The notes under the pieces were generated by a model, which was not told where the DNA came from, searched no databases, and was given only the letters and a program-made list of their open reading frames with translations. DNA of 63,610 nucleotides, counting the filler, from Candidatus Woesearchaeota archaeon (GTDB taxonomy: Archaea; Nanobdellota; Nanobdellia; Woesearchaeales; J072), in assembly GCA_003695265.1 (NCBI GenBank). It is 8 parts of 8 records of this genome, joined end to end, with 100 filler letters (N's around TTAATTAATTAA, not from the genome) between each part and the next. Parts side by side here need not be neighbours in the genome. Positions count along the whole stretch, not along the records: positions 44,715 to 57,767 come from RFII01000019.1; positions 57,868 to 63,610 come from RFII01000020.1; 6 more parts are not named here. The stretch is one strand, 5' to 3'. The position numbers and the translations under genes are program-made. The stretch's first letter is position 1. Every line of letters starts with the position of its first letter. Positions 48,799-58,834 of the stretch are shown piece after piece.

Positions 48799-49905
48799 AT
48801 GAGAAGGGAACTATCATCCTTGGATATGAAATTCTTGCTGGAAGAATTTAAGGCTTTAACTAATGGAAGAATAGACCAAATTTACCAAGACAAAGAGCTG
48901 TTCTTGTTCAGGTTTCACGTGACTGGAAAAGGCCGCTTAATGCTGAAAGTAATCCTTCCTTCATTGATTTTCCTTTCAAAGCATAAAAAAGACTTTCCTA
49001 CTACTCCGCCGCACTTCTGCACTGTTTTAAGAAAGCATTTGGGAAGCGCAAGATTACGGAAAATCGAGCAGATCTCTTCAGAAAGAATCTTAGTATTTCA
49101 TTTTGAGGCTAAAGAAAAAAAACTGCTTCTTTACTTTGAGCTTTTCAGCAAGGGAAACATAATACTTTGCGATGACAAAAACATAATAATCAACGCTTAT
49201 GAAAAAAGAGACTGGGCAACAAGGTCAATAAGGCCGAAGAAAGAATACAAGCTTCCGCCAACGCAGATTAACATATTCTCATTAAAAGAATCACAGCTTA
49301 AAGAGCTTCTTGAAAACACGAAGAAAGACAGCTTGGTCAAGTTCTTGGCAAGCGAAGTCGGGCTTGGAGGTCTTTACTCAGAGGAAATCTGCCTGCGTTT
49401 AAACTTAGACAAAACGCTCAAGCCTTCAAAAGCAGACGCTTCAAAACTGTTCAAGGAAATTAATAGTTTGATTAACACAAAGCCAAAGCCGGCAGTTATT
49501 GAAGGAAAAGACGTTGTTCCCTTTAGCTTAAATTATTATAAAAATGAGAAAGTAAAAGAATTCAAAACCTTCAGTGAGGCTTTAGACGAAGTGTTTTCAA
49601 AAGACAAGATAGCTTTGAAACTTGAGAAAATAAGCTCAGCCCATGATCAGAAGCTTGAACAGGCGCAAAGGATTCTTGAATCGCAGCTCGCCACGATTAA
49701 GAATTTGCAGAAAAAAATAGATGAGAACACAGCAAAAGGGGAATTCATTTACGAGCATTACACTGAAATAAAAAGCATTCTTGATGAGATTAAAAAAGCA
49801 AGGGAAAAATACTCCTGGAAGGAATTAAAGGAAAAGTTAAAAAACCATAAAGTCATAAAAAGAATAATTGAAAAGGATAATTCAGTCGTGATTGATATAA
49901 AATAA
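48799..49905 (+). CDS. Rqc2/NFACT-family ribosome quality-control protein, short form
   Basis: F..VLRKHL, ERIL, ELFSKGNIIL, GLGGLYSEEIC; coiled coil. Confidence 0.82.
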   Translation: MRRELSSLDMKFLLEEFKALTNGRIDQIYQDKELFLFRFHVTGKGRLMLKVILPSLIFLSKHKKDFPTTPPHFCTVLRKHLGSARLRKIEQISSERILVFHFEAKEKKLLLYFELFSKGNIILCDDKNIIINAYEKRDWATRSIRPKKEYKLPPTQINIFSLKESQLKELLENTKKDSLVKFLASEVGLGGLYSEEICLRLNLDKTLKPSKADASKLFKEINSLINTKPKPAVIEGKDVVPFSLNYYKNEKVKEFKTFSEALDEVFSKDKIALKLEKISSAHDQKLEQAQRILESQLATIKNLQKKIDENTAKGEFIYEHYTEIKSILDEIKKAREKYSWKELKEKLKNHKVIKRIIEKDNSVVIDIK

Positions 49906-49970
49906 AAGAGGTGATAGAAACAAAGTTTCTAGTACCTTCAAAAATTAAAAAATTTTTGATAGGTGATAAT

Positions 49971-50603
49971 ATGAGAATAGAAATCAATATTGACAAAAAA
50001 TCTGTTTATTTTTTGATGTTTGTTATTGTTTTTGGCATTGTGATTGCAGTAACACCTAACCCCGGGCATAATTCTGATCAGATTGATTTCGGCAGGGTTG
50101 TGTTCAATACTGAGGCGAATTGGAATGGTCAGAATCCTCAGATTACTAATGACGGCGGGACTTATGACGCGCTTATGATTGTTGGGAAAGGATCTCAGCC
50201 TGATAGGTCTGTTAAGCTTTGGGATGACTTAACAGTGGCAGATGATTTAAAGGTTAACGGAGACGTGCACATAGTTGGAAACCTCCAAGTTGACGGCTCT
50301 GGCACTGGGGTAAAAGTTTTAACAGGAACGATAACTGTTGGTGCTAATTCTGTTTCTCCTGTTATTGATATTTCTTCAGCAGGATTCACACAAAAGCCAA
50401 TGATCATGGCTTATTTTGACGGCATAGCTTCCTGCGGTTATGATGATGGTTGGACCAGCTGTGGCTTCGGAATTGATAATTTTGGGCCGAGTTATACAGT
50501 AACATATGGTTATACTTTAAGAGCAATAACCAATACAGGTTTTAAGATTTATAATCAAGAAGGTTACAGTAAAACATTTTACTGGATTGCTATAGGAAAA
50601 TAA
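49971..50603 (+). CDS. Membrane-anchored/exported protein with phage tail-fibre-like C-terminal domain
   Basis: AGGTGAT RBS; TM; PNPGH; beta repeats (LTVADDLKVNGDVHIVGNLQV); C-terminal FYWIAIGK. Confidence 0.55.
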   Translation: MRIEINIDKKSVYFLMFVIVFGIVIAVTPNPGHNSDQIDFGRVVFNTEANWNGQNPQITNDGGTYDALMIVGKGSQPDRSVKLWDDLTVADDLKVNGDVHIVGNLQVDGSGTGVKVLTGTITVGANSVSPVIDISSAGFTQKPMIMAYFDGIASCGYDDGWTSCGFGIDNFGPSYTVTYGYTLRAITNTGFKIYNQEGYSKTFYWIAIGK

Positions 50604-50639
50604 ATCATGAATTTTAGTCTGGCAATATAAGAAAATAAG

Positions 50640-50754
50640 GCGGACAGCTTTCCTGGTTTCCCGTTCGAAGAACAGTACACCCAGGAACGGAAGCCTGCTT
50701 GACTTTGGTGTTCGAAATGAGTACCAGTAGGACCAGGCCCCTATGGCCGTCCAA
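50640..50754 (-). rRNA. rrf: 5S rRNA (stand-alone)
   Basis: GGACGGCCAUAG...CAUUUCGAACACCAAAGUCAAGC...GUACUG...GGGAAA...GCUGUCC; helix I pairs. Confidence 0.92.
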
Positions 50755-50844
50755 GAGGAAGGTTTTTGCTTTTTATTTATAAATTTTGCGGGAATTTCAC
50801 AACACCATTTCTTGCTTTCACCAACCAAACAGGGTTAAGTTAAG

Positions 50845-50952
50845 TTTGTTGTGTTGGAAATTTGCTGTGTTAAAATAATTACAATGCTTAGCCCAACCAA
50901 CACCCCACCTCAACACCAAGAATTATCACAATTAAGTTGATTGTGCCTAAAA
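50845..50952 (-). repeat. Dispersed intergenic repeat, copy B
   Basis: Inverted relative to 23145-23234; one ~16-bp unit is tandemly duplicated. Confidence 0.65.
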
Positions 50953-51005
50953 CAGCAACTTTTTTATATAATTCCTACTTTCTTAGTATAATTTAAGGGG
51001 GGCCT

Positions 51006-54000
51006 ATGAGCAAATTATACGATAAAAGAAAGTATGCTATAAATTTTTTTGTTGCATCCTGCTTGTTTATGCTTGCAGTTCTGTTCTTTGCCAAAGCCAG
51101 TTTTGCGAATAAAGATAATATTAAAACCTCGCAGAAGAGCTTTTCTATTTCAGGATTAATATGTGGAGATCATGTGTGGGATGACTGCGAATTGTGCGGC
51201 CAGGACGCTTACAACCTTACGGGATACCCTGAAATGGATCACAACTGCCTGATTGATTCGCACGACCTTGATTTATTCTCTAATTTTTTTACTCCAGGTT
51301 ACTCATGTGGGGATCTTGAATATAATCCGGCTGTTGATTTAAATGGTGATTGCGTAATAAACTTTGTTGATTCCCTCTTGTTTGTTTTGGCATATAATGA
51401 TAAAGTGGGCCAAGCAGTTCCTTCCTGCAATACATGCGCTGTGACAGAAATGTGTAAGGGTTCATTGTCTTTACTTCCTTACATAAACGGCAGCAACGTT
51501 GATATTGTGGTAATGGCTGACAACGTTAGCCAGCTTACTTCCTTGCATTTCGGACTTAATTCAACCCCTTCCCTTGAATTTTTAGATTTTACTACTAATG
51601 GTTCTGTACAAAACTTGTCAGAAGGGAGCATAGCTGTTGCGTTTCAAGGCAATGACGGGCCTTTCGAAGTTGGAGTGGCCCACTACGCTCTTAATGGCAC
51701 TTCAGGAAAGGTAAATATTATAGAAAATCAGGCAATAGGCACTTTGCAATGGTATAACTCAAGCCCAAATTATAGGTTTAACTTCTCTGAAACATACAAT
51801 GCAGGAATAAACGAGCAGGCAGACCCTATAAAAATTTGGTGTGGTGGGGGGAGCAATGTGGACTTCCAAATAATCAGTGCAGTTCCAGTGCAAGCAGTAG
51901 CAGCTTCTCTTGTAGAAGGAAAATACACTATTGTAAGGTTTCATGTTAAAATGATGAATAGGAGTGGAGATAAACCTGATTATATGAGGAGGGACAATGT
52001 AAGGCTTAAATCCGAGATTGTGGCTGGCGGCAAGCTGCTTGCCTCTGACGCAAAAAACATGACGTTATTGAATTATGGTGGTCAAACATATGTTCTTGAC
52101 AAGGCAGACGCAGACATGCTCATGCAGTATAAAAACACACCAACATTTTTTGTTAAGCTTAACCAATTTATTTATTATAAAGGCGTTGATGCATACAATA
52201 TTTTTACAGAGAACAATGTTAAAATAAGAAACGCAACCCTTTATTCTATGATTGATTCTAATTTCAGATTTGCTGAAACAAATGAGTCTAATAATGAAAA
52301 GAACATTCCAATACTCACCAAAAAAAGCAAAAATTATACTGTCATGTACCAATTCGCAGATTACGGCTCAGGGCCTGTTCCAAGATCTTTTATAAACTTA
52401 GCTGAGAGACAACATGATTATCTAAAAACAATTTATCCTTTGCCTGAATCAAACAGCCCAGTGATTAACCTTGACAGAAAGAAGTTAAAATGGTATCTCC
52501 CCATTAATTGGCAGCTTGCATGGTTTTCCCACACATGCAAATCAAGCAAATGCATAATAATACTGCCTGAAGGCATAATCTCAAATCCTTATACTTGGTA
52601 TCATTTTTTAAGTTCAAGAGCCGCGTACATAATCAATAACAGTGATTACAAAACTTCTGCTCATGAAATAGGTCACACCCATAATTTAGGAGAGAGGGTG
52701 TGTTCAGAGTATTACGGCACAGAATGTGACAGCCAAGGTCATTACAATGGAAGCGTTCAGGAAGGATGGGATATAAAAGGCGTTTCATTCTTTGGTTGGC
52801 GCTCAAGAGTAAGTTCTTTTTTTAAAAGCTACAAAAACCTTATGGAACGCGGAGGGGGGGATTGGATTGCAGAGAAAGAATATAACATTTTAATGGATGA
52901 TATTGTTTATGGGGGAAGAGACCCAGAAGTAATATCTGTTGCAGGCATTGTTTACCAGAATGCTTCGGGAGAATACGCAGATCTTCTGCCTTCCTTTGTT
53001 TTCAACGGAACTCCTGATTCTCTTTTGCCTGGAAATTATTCGTTGCTGTGTAAGTCTGCAGTCGGAGACAATTTGTGCAGCTTGAATTTTTCTCTCTCAT
53101 TTTTCGATGATAACGGCACGAACACCTCGATTTTTTCATTTACAGCCCCTTTCCCAGCAAACACTGTGAGGATAGTAATAATGAAAGGAAGCAACATTCT
53201 TGCAGAGCAGGTGGTAAGCCAAAATCCTCCCTCAATAAACATACATTCGCTTACAGACAAAGGAAATGGTAATTTTGAAATAAATTTCAGTGGAAGCGAC
53301 GCTGACGGAGGAAATCTCACATACGTGCTTTATTATGCTGCTGACAATAATGAGCTTTACCCTCTTGTTTCAACAGGTCTTGAGCATGCGCAGGGAGAAA
53401 ATGTGAGCTTCAATTTCTCCACAGCAGAGTTGCCGGGCAGCACTGCAGGAAGAATAAGGATTGAAGCTACTGATGGCATTAACACAGCAGAGATATATTC
53501 CAATCCTTTTTACGTTGGAAACAAGCCCCCTTATGCCTTTATTTATTATCCTCAGAACAATTCAGTCCATACTCTTGGAAATGCTGTTTTTATAAGTGGA
53601 AGCGGCTATGACCTGGAGAACCTTGGCTCCAACCTCTCATTTGAATGGACATCTAACAGGGATGGTTATTTAAGTAATAAAACATTCTTTTACATTTCAA
53701 ACCTTTCATTAGGAACTCATATTATCACGCTAAACGTGACTGATGCAGAAGGTCTTTCTGCCCACGTGTCCATTACAGTGTATGTTGTTAATGAAACCAT
53801 GCCTGATCTCACAATAGACAGCATAGCATTCAATCCTGAAAACGCAACAGTTGGAGAGAATGTCACCATAACAGCATTTGTGAAAAGCATAATTGCCGAT
53901 GCATTTGCTGATGTGCTTTTCTATGAAGGTGGTCCTTCAGGAACACTCATAGCGAATGAAAGCGTTCTTGCAATAGCAGGTGCTGTTGTGCCTGTTTCAA

Positions 54001-56951
54001 TAACGCACATGTTCTCATCTCCAGGAAACTACACTATATTTGTTAGGGCCAACAATTCTAATCCCCAGGAATCAAATGTCTCGAACAATAATTTGTCAGC
54101 AGTTTTTGAAGTGAATGGCGACAGCTGCCAGAACATTTCTGATCCTGGCACTTCTTTCCTTAATCAGGATGTGTTTTCAAACGGTACTTGCTTCTTTATC
54201 AACTCTGATAATGTAACCCTTAACTGCAACAATCATAAAATTCTTGGGGCAGGCACAACAGGAAGCTTTGGGATAAAATTCAATGGTTACTATAGCAATG
54301 TCACAATTAAAAACTGCTACGTAGAAAATTTTGATTATGGCATTTCAGTGAGGGGCGGTGATTATTCAAACAATACAATTCTAAACAACACTGTCATCAA
54401 CGCCAACCACACTGGAATAGAAGTCACGTCCTCTTCTGACGTTTCTAATATTAAAATATTAAACAATACTGTTTACTTGACAAAAGGATCGGGCATTGGC
54501 TTATACAATTCTGGCTTGGTATTTATTGAAGGCAACAATGTTTCAAACGCTAGCTGTAAAGAGGACCCACAAGGAACAGGAACCTGTGGTGGAATAAGCG
54601 CGTTCTCCAACCAATTAGGGAGCAACATTTCTGTTGTGAATAATCATGTTTCAAATACACCCAGAGGAATAGTTATTAAGGCAGGTGATTCCCCTGCAAT
54701 GAGCCACAGGATAATTGGGAATACAATATCCGGAGTGTATGATGAGCCTTCAGTTGGAGGAGACGGCATTGCCATAATAGTGGTTTCCCTGCACGGAAAT
54801 GATATTATAAACAAGACTGTTATTTCAAATAATACCATAAACAATTCCATGACGGCCATGTGGGTCGGCGGGCACAGCCATTACAACACAATAACCAGCA
54901 ATCTTATTGAAAACGTTTATTATGGCATACACGCAACTTACTCATCAACAGGAAATTACATAGCTGACAACACCATCTCCAACGCTATTGAAGGTATTGG
55001 AATTGCAAACGACGCCTGGAACAACACTGTTTCAAACAATTCCATTCTTGATAATGTTAAGGGTTTGGTCTTTGGGGGTTATAATGTTTACAATAATACC
55101 ATAACAGGAAACAATTTCACCGGCAACATATACGGCTTTTATAATACTTATGCGACAGCTTCAGGCAACATGATTTACAACAATTATTTTGACAACATTA
55201 TTAACGCGTTTGAGAATGATTATTCGATCTCAGGATACTGGAAGTTTGATGAGGGCTCAGGCAACACAACAGCAGACGCTGGAATGAACGGGAATAATGG
55301 AACGCTTATGAACGGCGCTAATTGGACAATAGGTTATTCTGGAAGCGGTATTTATTTTGATGGTATTGGTGATTATGTAAGAGTTCCTGATTCAGCAAGC
55401 CTTAGCAGCCCGTCTGCCAACAGCAAAATAACTGTTGAAGCATGGGTGAAGCCTGATGCAGGGCTTCTGAACGTGTATGCAAGGGTTATTGCCTCGCACT
55501 GGACCGCATCAGGCTCAGAGAGTTGTTCTTCTGGAGATGCGGCCAATGCTTGGGTTCTCGAAGCGCATAATGACGGATTTTATCACGCGATTATCGGCAA
55601 CGGTGCAGGCTCATACGTTGATCTGCCAAGCAACACTCAACTTCAGGAAGGAGTATGGCAGCACGTAGCATTCACTTGGAACGGCACAAACGTGGTTTTA
55701 TACGTAAACGGCCAGCCTGACGCGTCAATACCCTATTCTGCTGGGATGGTGGACTCAGACTGCCCTGTTCAGATAGGAAAAACAGATCAGTTAACATACA
55801 CTTGGAAAGGTTTCATAGATGAAGTCAAAATATTTAACAGGGATTTGACCCCTACACAAATTCTTGATGAATACAATAACAATTCAAAGCCGTTCAATTA
55901 CTGGAACACCACAAAAACGCCTGTAAGCCAAGACACTGGGTGTTCAGATGGAACAATAGAAGCGGCTAACACATTTTATTATCCTTCTGCCACGTATGAC
56001 GTTAGTCATTGGCCTTATGGCATGGTGGCATGTGACGGACCTGGTGTTGATTGCGGCAATGACAATGGTGTTTGCGGAAATGGCTGGCACCAGTGTAATT
56101 GGACAGAGTATGACCCTTACATGTACGAGGCAGGGAACTTGCCTGGCGGTGACGGACGCTGGATTTTGACTGCAAGCATAGACTCTTATACTTCTTCGCC
56201 GCCGAGAAATGCCTGTTATGGAACTTATGTAGGTTTAGGGGTTGCAGCGTGCAGATGGGCGTCCTGTGGCGGAAGCTGCAATAATAATTGTGGAAGCGGC
56301 GAGCCTTATATAGATAATAATTTTGTGGATTGGACTCATGGTGAGTTTAACTCAAACACTTATGCGCGTGGAAGCATGTGCTGCATTGATGCAGGGTATG
56401 CCAACAAAACAAACATTGTTGGAGGACAATATCTTGGTGGCAATTATTGGTCTGATTATGCCGGAGTTGATCTTGATAGCGACTGGTTGGGTGATACTAA
56501 TCTTCCTCACACTTCAAATGGAAACATACTTTATGGGGGTGACTGGATGCCTCTTATTTCCAACGCCAATAATCCACCAGTCCTTGATCCCTTGGGCAAC
56601 TACGAAGTTGATGAGAATAAAATGCTAATCATTGACCTTAACGCAAGCGACGCTGACAATGACAACTTAACATATTTCACAAACGCAAGGAGTGTTTTGC
56701 CAAGCCCATTTTCATTTAATAATGTGACTGGCTTGTTCAAATGGAAGCCGACTTATCATGACGCTGGAATTTATAATGTGGTTTTTAACGTAACTGACGG
56801 CTTGTCGTGGGATGAGGAGAGCACCACTATAACTGTTCATAATGTCGTGATTAGCGGTTCTCCTTTTGTTATGAAAGGGAGCTCTCCTTTAGAAATGAAG
56901 AAAAAAAGAATAATGGCAATATGCTCTAACGGGTTTTGTAATCAGGATTAA
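51006..56951 (+). CDS. Giant secreted multidomain surface protein: dockerin-like, zinc metalloprotease, Ig/CARDB, beta-helix (NosD), LamG, Cys-rich, Ig
   Basis: Signal peptide; DLNGDCVINFVD; HEIGH; PDLTIDSI; NNTI repeats; YWKFDEGSG..IDEVKIFNR; GGNYWSDY; NNPPVLD. Confidence 0.8.
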   Translation: MSKLYDKRKYAINFFVASCLFMLAVLFFAKASFANKDNIKTSQKSFSISGLICGDHVWDDCELCGQDAYNLTGYPEMDHNCLIDSHDLDLFSNFFTPGYSCGDLEYNPAVDLNGDCVINFVDSLLFVLAYNDKVGQAVPSCNTCAVTEMCKGSLSLLPYINGSNVDIVVMADNVSQLTSLHFGLNSTPSLEFLDFTTNGSVQNLSEGSIAVAFQGNDGPFEVGVAHYALNGTSGKVNIIENQAIGTLQWYNSSPNYRFNFSETYNAGINEQADPIKIWCGGGSNVDFQIISAVPVQAVAASLVEGKYTIVRFHVKMMNRSGDKPDYMRRDNVRLKSEIVAGGKLLASDAKNMTLLNYGGQTYVLDKADADMLMQYKNTPTFFVKLNQFIYYKGVDAYNIFTENNVKIRNATLYSMIDSNFRFAETNESNNEKNIPILTKKSKNYTVMYQFADYGSGPVPRSFINLAERQHDYLKTIYPLPESNSPVINLDRKKLKWYLPINWQLAWFSHTCKSSKCIIILPEGIISNPYTWYHFLSSRAAYIINNSDYKTSAHEIGHTHNLGERVCSEYYGTECDSQGHYNGSVQEGWDIKGVSFFGWRSRVSSFFKSYKNLMERGGGDWIAEKEYNILMDDIVYGGRDPEVISVAGIVYQNASGEYADLLPSFVFNGTPDSLLPGNYSLLCKSAVGDNLCSLNFSLSFFDDNGTNTSIFSFTAPFPANTVRIVIMKGSNILAEQVVSQNPPSINIHSLTDKGNGNFEINFSGSDADGGNLTYVLYYAADNNELYPLVSTGLEHAQGENVSFNFSTAELPGSTAGRIRIEATDGINTAEIYSNPFYVGNKPPYAFIYYPQNNSVHTLGNAVFISGSGYDLENLGSNLSFEWTSNRDGYLSNKTFFYISNLSLGTHIITLNVTDAEGLSAHVSITVYVVNETMPDLTIDSIAFNPENATVGENVTITAFVKSIIADAFADVLFYEGGPSGTLIANESVLAIAGAVVPVSITHMFSSPGNYTIFVRANNSNPQESNVSNNNLSAVFEVNGDSCQNISDPGTSFLNQDVFSNGTCFFINSDNVTLNCNNHKILGAGTTGSFGIKFNGYYSNVTIKNCYVENFDYGISVRGGDYSNNTILNNTVINANHTGIEVTSSSDVSNIKILNNTVYLTKGSGIGLYNSGLVFIEGNNVSNASCKEDPQGTGTCGGISAFSNQLGSNISVVNNHVSNTPRGIVIKAGDSPAMSHRIIGNTISGVYDEPSVGGDGIAIIVVSLHGNDIINKTVISNNTINNSMTAMWVGGHSHYNTITSNLIENVYYGIHATYSSTGNYIADNTISNAIEGIGIANDAWNNTVSNNSILDNVKGLVFGGYNVYNNTITGNNFTGNIYGFYNTYATASGNMIYNNYFDNIINAFENDYSISGYWKFDEGSGNTTADAGMNGNNGTLMNGANWTIGYSGSGIYFDGIGDYVRVPDSASLSSPSANSKITVEAWVKPDAGLLNVYARVIASHWTASGSESCSSGDAANAWVLEAHNDGFYHAIIGNGAGSYVDLPSNTQLQEGVWQHVAFTWNGTNVVLYVNGQPDASIPYSAGMVDSDCPVQIGKTDQLTYTWKGFIDEVKIFNRDLTPTQILDEYNNNSKPFNYWNTTKTPVSQDTGCSDGTIEAANTFYYPSATYDVSHWPYGMVACDGPGVDCGNDNGVCGNGWHQCNWTEYDPYMYEAGNLPGGDGRWILTASIDSYTSSPPRNACYGTYVGLGVAACRWASCGGSCNNNCGSGEPYIDNNFVDWTHGEFNSNTYARGSMCCIDAGYANKTNIVGGQYLGGNYWSDYAGVDLDSDWLGDTNLPHTSNGNILYGGDWMPLISNANNPPVLDPLGNYEVDENKMLIIDLNASDADNDNLTYFTNARSVLPSPFSFNNVTGLFKWKPTYHDAGIYNVVFNVTDGLSWDEESTTITVHNVVISGSPFVMKGSSPLEMKKKRIMAICSNGFCNQD

Positions 56952-56968
56952 TTAAATTTATTAATGCT

Positions 56969-57697
56969 TTATTTCCCCTTATAATACAAGAATCCACTGC
57001 TTGTTTTCTCTCTTTCAAGCCCCCATTCCCTGTAATGTCCGGCTAAAATTTTACCTACTTTTTTTGTTCTTCTGGCCATCAGGTCTTGTGCCTGGAAGCC
57101 TTCGCCTTCCCTCAATCCTTTCAACGCTTTTTTTACGCGCATATGCACGTACTCAGGCGTTATCTCTTCAAGCCTGTAAGCCCTGTCTTCATAGCTTATT
57201 CCAAGCCTTTCCCTTCTTTCCCTTGGCTTGAGCATGAAAGCAAGGCTTCTTAGTGAGATTCCAAGCCTTTCAGCTAAAGGGCTCAACTCTATTTCACCGG
57301 CGCCGTACTTGTCTTCAACACGGTTCAAGTATGAGCTTATTTCATCTTCAATTGCATCATAACTTGCTCTTTCTGTTACAGGCGGCTTTACTTTTCTTTT
57401 TCCTTTAAGCGTCGGGTGGTTTTTTGCTAATCTTTCAACTCTTTCAGCAAGGTCGCTAAGCTTAGCTATTGTTGTTCTTGCTCCTACAGAAGTCACAGCT
57501 CTGTAAAGTCTTTGTAACCTTGCACTATAATTACCCAAATCTCTCATATAACCTCTCAACCCTTCAATCTGTGCTTCTGCAGCTTTTTTCTGCTCTTCAG
57601 CCCAGTGCATTCTTTCCTCCAGAAGCCTTGTTTCTTCTGATAATCTTTTTGTGATTGATTCTAAGTCTTTTATTGACATTCTTTTTGTCAATTTCAC
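56969..57697 (-). CDS. Hypothetical coiled-coil plus HTH-like protein
   Basis: N-terminal heptads; LAERLGISLRSL; GGGGGT RBS before GTG. Confidence 0.55.
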   Translation of the reverse strand: MKLTKRMSIKDLESITKRLSEETRLLEERMHWAEEQKKAAEAQIEGLRGYMRDLGNYSARLQRLYRAVTSVGARTTIAKLSDLAERVERLAKNHPTLKGKRKVKPPVTERASYDAIEDEISSYLNRVEDKYGAGEIELSPLAERLGISLRSLAFMLKPRERRERLGISYEDRAYRLEEITPEYVHMRVKKALKGLREGEGFQAQDLMARRTKKVGKILAGHYREWGLEREKTSSGFLYYKGK

Positions 57698-58045
57698 ACC
57701 CCCTAAAAAATTCTTAAAGCAATTATATTATTTAATTTTTTCTATTGATAAGTAGTAATAATAGTAANNNNNNNNNNNNNNNNNNNNNNNNNNNNNNNNN
57801 NNNNNNNNNNNTTAATTAATTAANNNNNNNNNNNNNNNNNNNNNNNNNNNNNNNNNNNNNNNNNNNNAAACAGATTTTTGCCAAAATCTGGTAAAAAGCG
57901 TTTAAGTGAGACGTTCACTGCGTGAAGTCTCACGAACCTCAACGGTAAAATCTGTTGAAAGTCCCGGCTGCCGCATCTCTTCTCGAGAAATAACGAAAAT
58001 ATTATATACCAGTTGTCTTTTATGTATACTAAAATATAGATTAAG

Positions 58046-58801
58046 ATGAACCAGGAAAAGATATTCAGCTTGCTTTTAGAGGAAGATGATGTTACCTGGC
58101 AGACTATTATATATGATTTAGTCAAGACAGAGCAGATGGACCCATGGGACATAGATGTTTCTTTGCTGTCCCAAAAATTTCTTGCCATGGTGAAAAAGCT
58201 TAAGTCAATGGACTTCAGGGTTTCTGGAAAAATAATCCTTGCAGCAGCAATACTGCTGAAAATAAAATCAAAGCGCCTGATGGAGTATGATATCACAAAC
58301 TTAGATGCGCTGATAAACTCAACTGACGAGCTTTCCGAGGAGGAATTCTTTGAGGAATTGGAAGAACACCTTGAGCCTCTTGACGACAAAATAAGGAAGA
58401 ACGAACCTACTATTGTTCCAAGAACACCTCAGCCGAGAAAGAGAAAAGTATCTGTGTTTGACCTTGTTGAGGCATTGGAGAAAGCATTAGAAGTTAAGAA
58501 TAGGCGCAACCGGATAAGATCAAATCATCCTGAGGTAAAACCACCAGAGAAAGTGGTTGATATGGGCTTGATAATAAAAGAAATGTATGGAAAAATTGTG
58601 AAATTTTTTAAGAAGAACAAGAAGGACAAGCTTACTTTCACTATGCTTCTTCCTTCATACTCAAAAGAGGACCAAGTATTGACACTTATTCCTCTGCTTC
58701 ACTTGGACAACCAAAGAAAAATAGATCTTTTCCAGCAGCAGCACTTCGGCGAGATTGAGGTTGAGCTACTGAACACTCATAAAAAGGCTGCAAAGACTTA
58801 A
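58046..58801 (+). CDS. scpA: Segregation/condensation protein A (kleisin)
   Basis: MDPWDIDV, SGKIILAAAILLKIKS, LLHL..Q..FGEI. Confidence 0.92.
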   Translation: MNQEKIFSLLLEEDDVTWQTIIYDLVKTEQMDPWDIDVSLLSQKFLAMVKKLKSMDFRVSGKIILAAAILLKIKSKRLMEYDITNLDALINSTDELSEEEFFEELEEHLEPLDDKIRKNEPTIVPRTPQPRKRKVSVFDLVEALEKALEVKNRRNRIRSNHPEVKPPEKVVDMGLIIKEMYGKIVKFFKKNKKDKLTFTMLLPSYSKEDQVLTLIPLLHLDNQRKIDLFQQQHFGEIEVELLNTHKKAAKT

Positions 58802-58834
58802 AGTTTTTAAATAGAGCATTGTTTCTTGGATTTA

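Noticed and set aside
50517..50828. 103-aa ORF
   Set aside because: Overlaps the 5S rRNA.
49971..51005. Possible diversity-generating retroelement (variable C-terminus plus downstream template)
   Set aside because: No template repeat or reverse transcriptase in the window; the downstream GC-rich stretch is 5S rRNA.
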